From Octopus sinensis (lineage: Eukaryota), in NCBI RefSeq assembly GCF_006345805.1, contig NC_043005.1:62744001-62808000 (forward strand): a DNA stretch of 64,000 nt, in the 5' to 3' direction. A program made the translations under genes and the position numbers. The notes below the pieces were generated by a model that saw only the letters and a program-made list of their open reading frames with translations, ran no database searches and was not told the DNA's origin. Below, one piece after another: positions 40,108 to 51,911 of the stretch (the first letter of the stretch is position 1; every line of letters begins with the position of its first letter).

Positions 40108-41779
40108 ATCTGAAGTAATCAAGAAAATATATGCAGAATAAAGAAGCCAGATAATTTCTTTTAGTGAATCTTACAGAAATTCTAAATTCTAAAACTAATT
40201 TATGTGTATGATTTTATAGTTTCATATTAATACATTGATTTAAGAATAATATATAAACGAAGGATAACAAATATAATTTACACTTTTTTATATTTTTTTC
40301 TTGAATATGAACAAAGATGATACTCACAAAATATACTATAATTTTTTCTAAAGACTTTATTCAATATTTAAATAGATCACATTTACAATATTTTGCTGAG
40401 GTCAACAAAAGTGTCATCTAACCAACTATTTATTTGAAAATTTCTTTAAAAATTTTTCTTATATATTTTAAAATGGCAATCATCTTAAGTGTAGATGAAA
40501 ATGACTAATTCGATGAGATATTAAACTCGTAGTTTGCAGTTATGTATCTAAATCTGCTTTTTCTTTGTGCATCCACTTTTCAGCTAAGTTTTATTAAGTC
40601 AAAGCAGAACTTATTTCCTTGCAGTTGACTTTAAACAGGAACTTCATATTGAACTGATTCACTTCTGTAAATAATGGCTGCTAAAAAAGGTGATGTGTGA
40701 TTTGTTAGCTTGCAGTGCTGACCTCAATTAATTCTGTGTTCAATATTTTTCTTTGGTTAAATTTATCTTACTGTTAAGTGAACAAACATAAACACCAATT
40801 TAAAGAGATGCATTGATCAGCTGTGATTACTCAAAATGAAGTATGCTTCTGGTTGAATTATTAGAGATTTGTTTTCAAAGCATTAATCAGTACAGCTCTT
40901 CATATAAAACTTAACATAGATATTTTGAAACAATATGTACCAGAAATAAATACTAGAAGTAAAAATTATTTATGAAAACTAAGTATTTATATTACCAGAG
41001 TTATGTCAAATACTTTATGCTTTGTAAAACTAACTTCTACTGCACTAAATTTAGTTACTTTGAACTGTGTATTTGAACTATTCTATGTTGTCTTGCAGGA
41101 AAATGAACTATACTTCAACATACAGAGCTGTAGTAAAACGATATGGTTAATGTATAGTAGCTAAGAATAGGAAAAAAAAAGAAGACATGAATATAAGAGG
41201 ATTATTTTGAACAAAGTTTGCATTTATTTAGACACTAAGAGTCTAAAACTAAAGAAAGGAAGCAAAATGAAATATGAATATTTCATCTATCCATAACTCA
41301 AGCAAAGTTATGCTGAGGCCAAAATACCTCCCTAAAAGCCAAAGAAGACTTGTCTGTAGATATCACAGCTGTGTTCTTTAAAGTCAGTATTACAGTTTTC
41401 CTACATACATATAGGAATAATGAAAGACAGGGCTGAGTAAATACTAGCAAAATAAGAAATAGCAACAGTAATGTGTGGCATGCATGCAGCAATAAAATAG
41501 ATAGGTATGTCAACTAAAGAATTTGTATGGAATAACAATGGAGATCAGGAAATAGGAAATAAAAGATGAAATTGTAAACAATGGATCTAAGACTATTTAT
41601 GAGAATTCCTACATCTATGCAAGCCAGATAGATTCAGTTCTATACAAAATGGAATAGACAGATAGTTGTAAATAGTAAGTCTTTCCCCGATGAAGAATGT
41701 ATCACCTAACATAAGTTACTGATTAATGACTTATAAATATAAAAGTTAGACAGGCCCTCATTGATGCTGAGAAGAAAAA

Positions 41780-42055
41780 AACTTCTAAATGTTATGAGAA
41801 ATGTGGAAAATGTTTGGAAAGAAAAGGGTCTAGTCAAAGCACAACTAATAGAGCTATCAACTATTGTGGAAGACAGTTATATTGTCAAAATCACCATTAA
41901 GGATATGAAGATAGGGTAAACAGCCAACCCATCTAGCATAGTCCCTGTAATGCTGAAAATACATGGTGAATGAAATAAGGCTCAAGCAAGTCATTTGTGT
42001 AGGGTTAGGGTTATAATACAAGTTATACAGGTGGTGTCATATCCAATGAATATCA
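41780..42055 (+). mobile_element. Old RTE LINE fragment
   Basis: ENVENVWKEKGL...IKDMKIG*TANPSSIVPVMLKI...GGVISNE (cf. IKxMKxGKAPGPSGIxAEMLK...GVIPxDW). Confidence 0.6.
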
Positions 42056-42945
42056 ACAAATCATCAACAAATGCAACCTGACAATGATGATTCATTTTAC
42101 TTTCCATTTCTCAATACAATGTCTGTTAGTTCCAGTTTTGCTGCAAAGACCAACTTTTAATTGAGTTTTAACCTCTATTTGTTATTTGCATTGGCAAGTT
42201 TTATCCATTCAAAATTTCCTCTGAAAAATCCTATTTATTGGTTTGTATTCTAAATTGCCAAATGAGCAAAAATATTTTCTCAGTCCTGACTAAATTCTAA
42301 GAATCAACATCAAGCTTTTTTCCATTAAGTAGCTTCTCTCTCTCTTTCTCTCACTTTCAATTATTTATTTCACTGGACTCTAGCTTATAACTTACACAAA
42401 CTTTTCAACTGTGAAGAATTTGATTCTTCTTGTCAGTTAGGAATCTGAGGAAAGCTCAGTCTTATCCAACAACCAACATAAAGGCAAGTTTTGATTTTAT
42501 TACCATGTAACTGGAACGCCATTAAAAAAGTGTGGCTACAATTATTTTCAGTTTTCAGCATGAAATGTCTATAGGCTATAAAAACCAGATTTTTCAAAAT
42601 TTTAGAATGATAACAAAATAAAAAAAATGTATGACCAAAGACATAATTCATTCATAACTGGAAGTATATTCTATATAATTTTCAAATAAATAGCAATTCA
42701 GCCTAAGATAAACAAACATTCAGTTTCAAGCTATCTACAAAGGATGTCATGCAATCCTTTATAAAATCATGCCAGAATCAACTTAATTTACGACATTGTT
42801 GCTCTGGTATTCTAAAATGATCATTACGCCATCAAAGAGACATTTTCTATCAAACTTTATAGATTTTATAATATATTGCAGCAGAAAATGCAATTTAAAA
42901 AGCCTAACAGAAACATTTATAGCATAGCATGTTTTTTTCCTATCC

Positions 42946-42947
<2 letters not shown>

Positions 42948-42981
<34 letters not shown>

Positions 42982-43000
42982 GACAGACAGACAGACAGAC

Positions 43001-43056
<56 letters not shown>
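42948..43056. repeat. (TA)n(GACA)n(GATA)n compound microsatellite
   Basis: Direct observation. Confidence 0.95.
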
Positions 43057-43057
<1 letters not shown>

Positions 43058-43094
43058 CACTATTTGTAAAATCATATTATTATTATTAATAATA

Positions 43095-43700
43095 AAGTGA
43101 GATAACATAATCATTGGTATGCCAGACAAAATGCTCAGCAGCATTTCTTCTGGCTCAGTACAGTTGCTATTCAAATTGTACTGAGGTCAAATTTGCCTTT
43201 TATCCTTTCAGGGTCGATAAAATAAGCACCAATCAAGTACTGGGATCGATGTAATCATTAGCACATCAAACAAAATGTTTAGTGCATTTTGTCTATCTTT
43301 ACATTCTGAGTTCTAGTTCTATCAAGGCTGACTTTGCCTTTCATCCTTTCAGGATTCGTGAATTAAGTACCAGTTGAGCACTAGTATTGATGTAATTGAC
43401 TTTCCCTATCTCCCAAAAGTTCAGGCCTTGCACCTATAATAGAAAGGATTACAACTGTCAATATTATTATTAAAATGTGGTGAGCTGGAAGAATCATTAG
43501 CATGTTGGACAAAATGCATAATGGCATTTCTCTTGGCTGTTTGTTCTGAGTTCAAATTCTGTCAATGTTGACTTTGCCTTTCCCCCTTTCAGGCGTAGAT
43601 AAAATAAGTACCATTTGAGAAATGGGATTGATGTAATCAACTAGCCCCACTCCAAAATTTCAGGCCTTGTGTCTATAGTAGAAAAGATTATCATTATTAT
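43095..43700 (+). mobile_element. Three head-to-tail Nin/Deu-like SINE copies
   Basis: TTTGCCTTT.ATCCTTTCAGG...AAGTACCA motif near 43190, 43330 and 43570. Confidence 0.85.
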
Positions 43701-44664
43701 TATTGGAAGTGGTGGTGGTAGCAGTAATATTTTTAGTAGGCATAAAAATATTTATTTTTTTCAATTCATCCATTACAATACACTGATATATTTGTAAACT
43801 AATATATATTTTTCCATGAAAGGAATTGTATAATGACATAGCTGTGAGATTGAGCATTATGTTCAAATGTAAAATACAAAAACAATTACACATGAATTGA
43901 TATTTTGGTAAAAATAATGTAAAACATGGTTGTCTGATAAGAAAAATAAACGATGATAGTTTGTATTGGCAGAAATCATTTTAAAGAAGCTCCTGAAAAG
44001 GAGTATGTGTGTGTCATAAGAAGAACTAAATTTAAGAATTTGAAATAAATCCCACATTGGCAAAAAGTATAAAGTGTTTGAAACAGTAAGAAATAAGACC
44101 ATATGTAGAAATGATATGTTAGAAATGATCTGACAAAGCAGATAATAGTAGAAGGTCAGAGAAAAAAGTAATGTATTAGAGTAATTTAAAGGAGCATGTG
44201 TATTATATATGCATTTGTGTGCGCATAAATATTACATTTGTGTGTATGTATATTGTGTGGAAGTGTTTGCATGGGTTTATATATGTACAAGAAGAATATC
44301 TAGCATTGCCCAGAAGATATAGCACTCATTTCTTCTTTGATTAGTTAAATTCAAATCATGACAATTCTGCATAAAAATATTTTACCAAATACATTGTTTA
44401 TATTATTTGTAACAAAGATACATTCTTCACTTCTGAAAATTTCATTTGAATTTTAATAAATCACTATAAAAGGAAAGGCAATATATACACAATATACAGC
44501 TGAGTTGTGCAATATGCATCCTATCTCTACACCTTTGATCAGTATGCCTTTGCTAAATGTTTTTCAGATTTCTGTTTTAAACATTGGACATTACAACTGT
44601 GTGTAAAAAGAAATGGAAATTTCATATTTTTTCAACAATTTTCCCTTCATACACATAGATGAAT

Positions 44665-44701
44665 CATATATATATGCACACACACACACACACACACATG
44701 T

Positions 44702-44746
<45 letters not shown>

Positions 44747-44800
44747 TGTAGACACACATGCATATATATATGTATGTGTGCGTGTATATATATATATATA
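44665..44800. repeat. (CA)n(TA)n compound microsatellite
   Basis: Direct observation. Confidence 0.9.
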
Positions 44801-46114
44801 TTGGGCAGTGAAGAAGACAACATGGGAGAGAGAAATTTTCACAAATTTTATATTAGTTTAATGTTTAAAAAGAAGGGAAAGAGTCTTGTATACAGACATA
44901 CATACATACACATGTATATGCATACACACACATACATACCGATATACACTTACAGATATAAAAATCTAAGCTTAGTGATAAACGAATGCATATGCATACA
45001 CTAATACATTTGCTTTTCACTTATTGAAATGAAAATACCTCATGGAAAAATCAAAATTGTAGTGTAACATTCTTTTCTATTTTGATTATATGCTGCCAAA
45101 TATATTCCTTCAGCTTGAGAGGAGAAAAGGTTGTTTTTCATCATCTTGTTGTCATTGACACATACATGTATTTGAAATCCTATTCTCATTGATCATATAG
45201 GCCTTAAGTATATATTTTGGTTTCTTGACTAGAAAATTATTACCATACATCTACATGATTTTATTTTTATACAATAGTTTTGATGTATGGCCAAACAAAT
45301 CTTTTCCAAAATATTGGTATCTTTTTTTTTACTAGGAAAAGAATTATTTCTCTATTGATTACTATTTTACCAACTCTCTTGCTTTGACTCAAAATTGTTG
45401 CAATTTAGAAACTCTTATTCCATACCTCCCTTCTTTCACTCTGGCTTACTTCCTGATATATTGTGATATAACAGAAAGTATCTTAAAAAGCAATTAAAAA
45501 TGTAAGAACAATAATTTTCGTTTTCAGTTCTATATATATATTTTTTAATTTGAACAAATATCTAAATTAATATGAAAAACTATTCAGAAATAAGTTAAAC
45601 AGTAGATACTTCAGAACCTAAGAATGATCTACATCAAAATCAGTATATATAAATAGTTTACCAAGTGGAATAAGTTAGTAAGGAAGAGAAGAGGTTAGAT
45701 GATTTGGGTAAAACTTTCATCTGATGAATGTCATTGTTTGAAACATCACATAAAATCTCTTCCTCATGCCAAACACACTTATTCCATATTATGCACTGTT
45801 TATATTCAGAGGTAAACAGGTATTAGAACCTGTTTATATGGTCGAAAGCATCAAGTTACTGATGTCAACAATTTCTTTCAATCTCTTATCATACAACACT
45901 AAGAACTTGATTGAAAGTTTTTGCTGTTTTATTTCTACCTTCAATAAAATGGAACCTATTGTACTGTAATACTGGAGTCAATGGTGAATTGGTGTTTATA
46001 ACACGTTTTATACCTAATCTACATTCTTTCACCAATCAATTGCATTCTTTCTGAAGTTTTATGATGATAAACTCTCCTGCGAGGCAATATTGCTCAAAGC
46101 TATAGCTTTTGATT

Positions 46115-46290
46115 TTCTCCTGGCCTGTCCTGATAAAGAAGTTTTCTGATCAAAGGCGTTCTTGCCAAGGCCATACAATCTTTCATCAGGGCAAAATTAT
46201 CCAAACGTCCTTCCCTTTTTAATATGGTCTGATGAGATTTCAAAGAGATTTTGTTGCTATTTGTAGCAAGTCAAATAATTGTAAATAGGC
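46115..46290 (-). repeat. Unclassified interspersed repeat family A
   Basis: GATCAAAGGCGTTC...TATCCAAACGTCCTTCC...AGAGATTTTGTTGCTATTTGTAGC, the reverse complement of the 11095 copy. Confidence 0.6.
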
Positions 46291-47294
46291 CCCCTTGAAA
46301 TATATTTAACTTTAGTGCAACCGAATTTAACACTTCACTTGTTATGTCTTTTTTGGTAACATGATACTTATGCAGAGATGTTGCCAATAACATTGAGAAA
46401 CTTTGATGATATTCATTATCATGATATTTATTATCTTTGAGTTTATTACAATCATTCTGAGGCTGACATCCAGAGAAGTTTTGAACTAATTTAATGGTTA
46501 GTTCTAATTTTCTAATATTATATAATATCCTCTTATCTATTGTATTACCTTAGAAATTACCACATTTATTCATTATACTTGATGCCACTTATTAGGATTC
46601 TTCTTTTCTTCCAACAGTTATATGCCTATAGAAGAAACTGATAATATATTTCCTTAGCAGTCACCAGTAACAACTGGAAAATGTCAATGATGTTTTCAGT
46701 TTTTACAGAGCACCTAAAACTGAGATGGATATATGTGAAAACATTGACACACTGCTAGGAGATAAGTTTATACATAACTACTATTTCAGCTCATCTAAGA
46801 ACAAAATGGTAAGCAAAAATTTATTTATGCAGAACAAAACAAACGTTAGATTGACATTTCAAAGATAGCTACTTAGCTTCCATTGTGGCCTTAAATTTTA
46901 ATGATGTTACAACATAAATATGCAGAAATATGGGTAGATAGCTAATATGACGACAATTTCAAAGAACTATATGACATAATTACACTCTATTCCATATCTA
47001 GTAAAGCCAAACAATAAACACTACAACAATAAGCAGTGTTTTTATTTATGAGCATCACACTTAAAAACCTTCAACATATAAGCATTAGACATTACAATCT
47101 CCGATGACTGTCAATGGTGATCAGACAGATAATTTACTGATAAATATATTTATGTCAAAGTCAGAAAATAATTCAATATTGAAGATTTCACAAGAAAACA
47201 AGGTTACCACCATATCAGTAACTATAGAACAAATGTTTCATCATTCATAGCACTATTAAATGATGTGTAAAGATTATATATATATGTTGTTATA

Positions 47295-47548
47295 TGCAAG
47301 TGTAGCTCTGTGGTTAAGAAGTTTACTTTGCAGCCATGTGGTTTGGGGTTCAGTGTAACTTCATAGTTGCATGGGTAATTGTCCTCTAATATAAATATGT
47401 GAATGGATTTGGTTGCTAGAATGGGAAAGAAGCCTATTGATTATGTGTTTTTGTGTGTAGGGGTGTGTGCATGCATAAATGAGTGAGTGTAGGTGACCAA
47501 AATCTTGTGAGTGAATTTGGTAAACAAAAACTAAAAGAAGCTCATTGT
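47295..47548 (+). mobile_element. CORE-type SINE 5' half with duplicated GTGAATTTGG...AGAAGC segment
   Basis: ATGCAAGTGTAGCTCTGTGGTTAAGAAG...GGGTTCAGT; the GATTTGG...GAAGCC block occurs twice. Confidence 0.65.
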
Positions 47549-47579
47549 ATGTGTGTGAGTGTGTGTTCATAGGTAAATA

Positions 47580-47767
47580 CTCTTCTCTTCTGGAAGCCAT
47601 CTACTCGCAATACCAGAGGGCGCACACTCTCCTACCCTGATGTAATCTCCAGGGATACAGGCATCCAGCAAGAGGACCTCCGTAATGCCATGATGGACCG
47701 TGAAGTCTGGCGTAGCATGATAAATTCCATTGTCTCGACCACGGTCGAACAATGATGAATGATGTTG
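47580..47767 (+). mobile_element. Young 5'-truncated RTE-clade LINE 3' end with 11-bp TSD
   Basis: Uninterrupted frame LLFWKPSTRNTRGRTLSYPDVISRDTGIQQEDLRNAMMDREVWRSMINSIVSTTVEQ*; TSD ATAGGTAAATA at 47569-47579 and 47768-47778. Confidence 0.85.
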
Positions 47768-49062
47768 ATAGGTAAATAGAAAGTTAGGTACATACATGAC
47801 ATGTGCACACATACACACACATGCATGCACACACACCTGCACACTATCATCATCATCACCATCAGCATTTGACTGTATATATAAATTAGCTTATGTATTC
47901 TATATATGCGCATACACTTCCCAAAGTAAAAGGACATATATAAGTTAAGACATTGAATATGCAGAAAAATATTATCTAACTCTTTTGGTGTATATGTATC
48001 AAAGAACATTTTATATATAAATATATTTTAAAAAATTAGGAGAATAAGTAAGCAAATATGAAAAATAACATATCTATGAAAATGTTTCCTTTTATTTAAT
48101 GCCTTTTCACTTTAGACTGCATATTAATGTAGTTTAGTTAGTTTTAAGCATTTCATCTTCCCTGTTTCATTTTCAAAACTATGAAGGAATTCTTTTCTTG
48201 TTTGTAAATACCAAAAATCTGTTTCAATTCACTGTTTATAACTAAATATTTCTTCTCTTTTTATCAGATATGTTTTTATTCCAGTCTTAAAGCAGATATA
48301 AATGGGAACCTAAGTATAACTAAAGATATTGTATTAATTTTCTCTTTTTAATGCTTTTATGTGTTTACTCTTGTAAGAAGCATATAGATTTCTCATATGA
48401 GGCTACTATAAAAATGATAGGTTCATTGTTCGAAACAGTTGTATGGATGAGCAAGATAAGTTGAAACATAACAATGAATAAAGAACATAAGTGTTGAATT
48501 GCTATGGAATACTTTCTTAGACAGGAACAATATATTTACATTTTACTAATAGATCAATTATTGGAGTATTTCACTTAGACAGCATATATCTTCATTTCTT
48601 TTGTATTAGTAATCCTAGATTCTTTTATCAAAGAAACACTTCTGGTTTTAGTGATGTATATCTGTGTTCATTTGTGTACAAACATGCACTTAGATTCAGT
48701 CTCATAAAGCTTTAGTTCTGCATCCCTGTTTGTATGCATATACATGCATATTCACAATTATGAATGTTTTTATGTAGATTTACGAGTAAATGTAAGTTTA
48801 CAAGCAAATGTGCTAATAAAAAGTGGCACACATAAATGCTAAGGCTGTTTCTTTTGTCAAAGCCAAGGCAATGTACATCTTATGCTAGCATTAGTACAAA
48901 ACAAAGGTAGCAAGATTTCTATACTGTATAAGAGTATGTTTCTCATAGACTACTCACAATATACATGAAGTATTGTGTCAATTGTAGTTGCTTTATTTGT
49001 AGTGCAAAGAATTATTGATAACAAACAAGCACATACAGGTGTGTGTATCTATATATATATAT

Positions 49063-49398
49063 AAAGGGTAAAGACCCCCTTCGGTCAGGCACTGACCATG
49101 GGTTTGCACCTAGAGAGATACCCTCTGAGGCACAAGTCTGGGCAAGGTTGTTTTATGGAAGACCAGCAGTCGCCCATGCATACCGGCCTCCCCTCTCCAC
49201 GTCACCGATGTTGTCCAAGGGAAAGGCAAGGGCCGATACAGCTTGGCACCTGTGATGTCGCAACTCATTTCTACAGCTGAGTGAACTGGAGCAACGTGAA
49301 ATAAAGTGCCTTGCTCAAGAACACAACACGCAGCCCGGGCCGGGATTCGAGCTCACAACCTCACGATCGTAAGCTCGACGCTCTAACCACTGAGCCAT
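49063..49398 (-). mobile_element. Young tRNA-Arg-derived CORE-type SINE inserted in (TA)n
   Basis: Minus strand TGGCTCAGTGGTTAGAGCG (A box), TTACGAT (ACG anticodon-like), GAGCTCGAATCCC (B box), TGTGTTCTTGAGCAAGGCACTTTA (CORE-like); CpGs retained. A decayed relative lies at about 37000-37110. Confidence 0.88.
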
Positions 49399-49564
49399 AT
49401 ATATATATATATATATGTTACTACTTCTTTGTACATTTACTTATGATTAAAAAAACTTCCCATTAATTTGAGGGATTCCTCTATACTTTTGTAGTGTACA
49501 AGTTTATTATCAAGTGAGAATATTGTTAAAAGTAATTTTGAAGTTTCAAACAGTTAGGACATGT

Positions 49565-49600
<36 letters not shown>

Positions 49601-50645
49601 CATACATACACACATCATATATAAATGTGTGTGTTAGGAAAGAAAGCCCTGTTTCATTTTTGACATGATCAATTTGGTTGTACTTTTTCAATACTTATGA
49701 TAAAATAAACATTAAGTTTTACATTAAAGTCTCTTTTTCTCTTTGCAGTTTTTTTATTCTACAGTGGTTAAATTTGAATAAATTTTACTCTTTTAAAATG
49801 AGTTTCAATCAGATCCATATCTGATACCGCATGCTGTATCAATTCAAAAGGGGCTCTTTAGTAAAGGAAGAAACAAAGAATATTCATTCTATGAATGGAA
49901 ATAAAGCTTGACCAAAGATAGTTTGGTCAATTTTACTCATTCTGGATGACAGAGCAGAGCTTCTAAACACCATAGTTGAAGAAAATCCCAAGCAACCAGC
50001 ATGAGAATTAACAAAACAGTTCTATTCAAGTCACACTTGAATCATACAACATCCTAGAAAAAGTGTTTAATCTTGGTCAGTGGATCCCTCATCATCTGGC
50101 TGCTTCTCAGCTTAAGAAGGTGCCTCATTAAAGAGTAATGTATGTTACAAAACCTCTTTTGGGTAAAATCACCACAAGTGATGAAAAGTGTTTTATCTAT
50201 AGTCATATTCAAAGTAAACAACAATGGTCAGCACCCAATAAAATAAAAGGGAATCCAACCCAACAAAGATTATACCTGAGAAAGGTTATGCTCTGTGTTT
50301 CATGGGATATGAAGGTAGTTGTCTACTATGAAGATTTAAGTCAAAATGTAGAGAAGTATTTGTATCAACTGGAAGTACTGTGCAAAAATATGCAGAAAAA
50401 GTAACCATCATTTGGTTAGTCATAAAGGTCTGCTTCCTCTAACATGATAATGCAAGACAACACATTGTCCCAAGTCCCCCAGGAAAAGATAATATGATGC
50501 TAAACATGGAAGTTTTCCCTCGATTATATTTCCTAAACTTGCTCCATCTATCATTTTTTCAGATCGCTGCAACATTATTTACAAAGAAAGCAATTTATTA
50601 ATTATGAAAAGGTTAAAAATGATATTGAGTGTTTCTTTGCTTTAG

Positions 50646-50864
50646 CTCATATATACCCCTGGTTGCACTTTCGCAATGCAAAACCTGCTCCTACTTGTTT
50701 GGATATGAATTCGCCAGGAAGCATCTGATTGAGCATTCAAAATGTTCAGTAGGTAGTCGACACTCATAGCTAGCAGTTGCATACAGTCCTTCTCTTCCTG
50801 TTTGTGAAAGCTTACCATAATATTTAATCTAAATACAATGACATTTTTTATGGGCATATATGGG
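50646..50864. mobile_element. piggyBac-type MITE nested in the mariner
   Basis: Left TTAG-CTCATATATACCC, right GGGCATATATGGG-TTAA; removing it restores the mariner FF..KPKEFY region. Confidence 0.7.
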
Positions 50865-50957
50865 TTAAAACCTAAAGAATTTTACAAGAATTATATGACA
50901 GATCAGCGATTTGTCATATAGATGGAATTACATTACCAATAATAAAGGGAAATATAA

Positions 50958-51160
50958 GTTTAAAATTTTGGCACAAAGCCAGCAATGTTTGGCAGAGGAT
51001 AAGTTGATTACTTTGACACTAGTGTTTAACTGGTACTTAGCCCTTAAGGATGAAAGGCGAAATCGACCTCATTGGAATTTGAACTAAGGATGTAAAGACA
51101 GACAAAATGCTACTAAGCATTTTGTCTGATGTACTAACAATTCTGCCAGCTTGCTACCTT
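50958..51160 (-). mobile_element. Nin/Deu-like SINE nested in the mariner
   Basis: AAGGATGAAAGGCGAAATCGACCTC...GGAATTTGAACT...TTCTGCCAGCTTGCTACCTT. Confidence 0.82.
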
Positions 51161-51533
51161 AAAGTGAGAAGAAATATCAACTTGATTTAATATATCAAGT
51201 AAAAATCAAAGAAGCATTTGTTTCTTTCCTATCCTGAAATGCCATAGAACTTTCTTTCCAACTTAATATACATGTGTATATTTCTGCTTCTCTGTCTATC
51301 TATACATGTATGTCTGTTGTTGATTAACAATCCAGAGAAAGAGTACCCAACACAAACATAAAGTGCAAGCATTTAATCAAGACTATCCAGTGGCTAGTTA
51401 CTTTGGAGTCTCCATAGCATGTCACTGATCCTTCAGGCAAATACAAGTTTGACTTCTCTGTCTGTCATTGTCTCTCTCTCTCTCTCTCTCTCGTTCTCTC
51501 CCTCTCTCTATATATATATATATAAATTATTAA

Positions 51534-51911
51534 GGTAGCTGTTTGCAATTTAGAACTGACAGGTAACAAGTACTGTTGTCACTAAAGTGATGGAGAGTGC
51601 TAGTAAGCCGCAGCACTACTAGAAATAAGAATCAAAACAACTGTTAGCTACGTGAGAGCACTTTTCAAATGGCTGACAAGAGAAAAAGATGAAAATTGAT
51701 TAAATCTGAAATCAGCACTAATATTACTCCATCTCACTTGTTGTCAGGAGGGGACCTTGTCTTCCTAGTCAGCTATTAAAAAAATGCCCTCACATGGCTA
51801 AGATTTGTTTTGACTCTTATGTCTAGCAATGCTGATGCTTACTAGCACCCTCCGTCAATTTGGTAACAACTGTACTTGTTGCCTATCGTTTCTAAACTGC
51901 GAATAGCCACC
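51534..51911. mobile_element. Fold-back MITE with ~150-bp TIRs, TTAA on both sides
   Basis: Left TTAA-GGTAGCTGTTTGCAATTTAGAA...; right ...TTCTAAACTGCGAATAGCCACC-TTAA; arms align through CAACAAGTAC-like, GTGCTAGTAAGC and TCAAAACAA blocks. Confidence 0.88.

Larger units (their letters stand above)
49634..51266 (+). mobile_element. Decayed mariner (DD34D) transposon with two nested insertions
   Basis: GQWIPHHL, ITTSDEKCFIY, KVMLCVSWDMKVVVYYE, HDNARQH, FFRSLQHYL; TIR-like ends GGAAAGAAAG and CTTTCTTTCCAACTTAA-TA. Confidence 0.88.

Noticed and set aside
42497-42570. Possible minus-strand exon ending MAFQLH-G|GTaata
   Set aside because: Weak donor and no homology; indistinguishable from chance.
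49325-49398. tRNA-Arg gene
   Set aside because: The cloverleaf is incomplete and continues into a SINE body; it is a SINE head.
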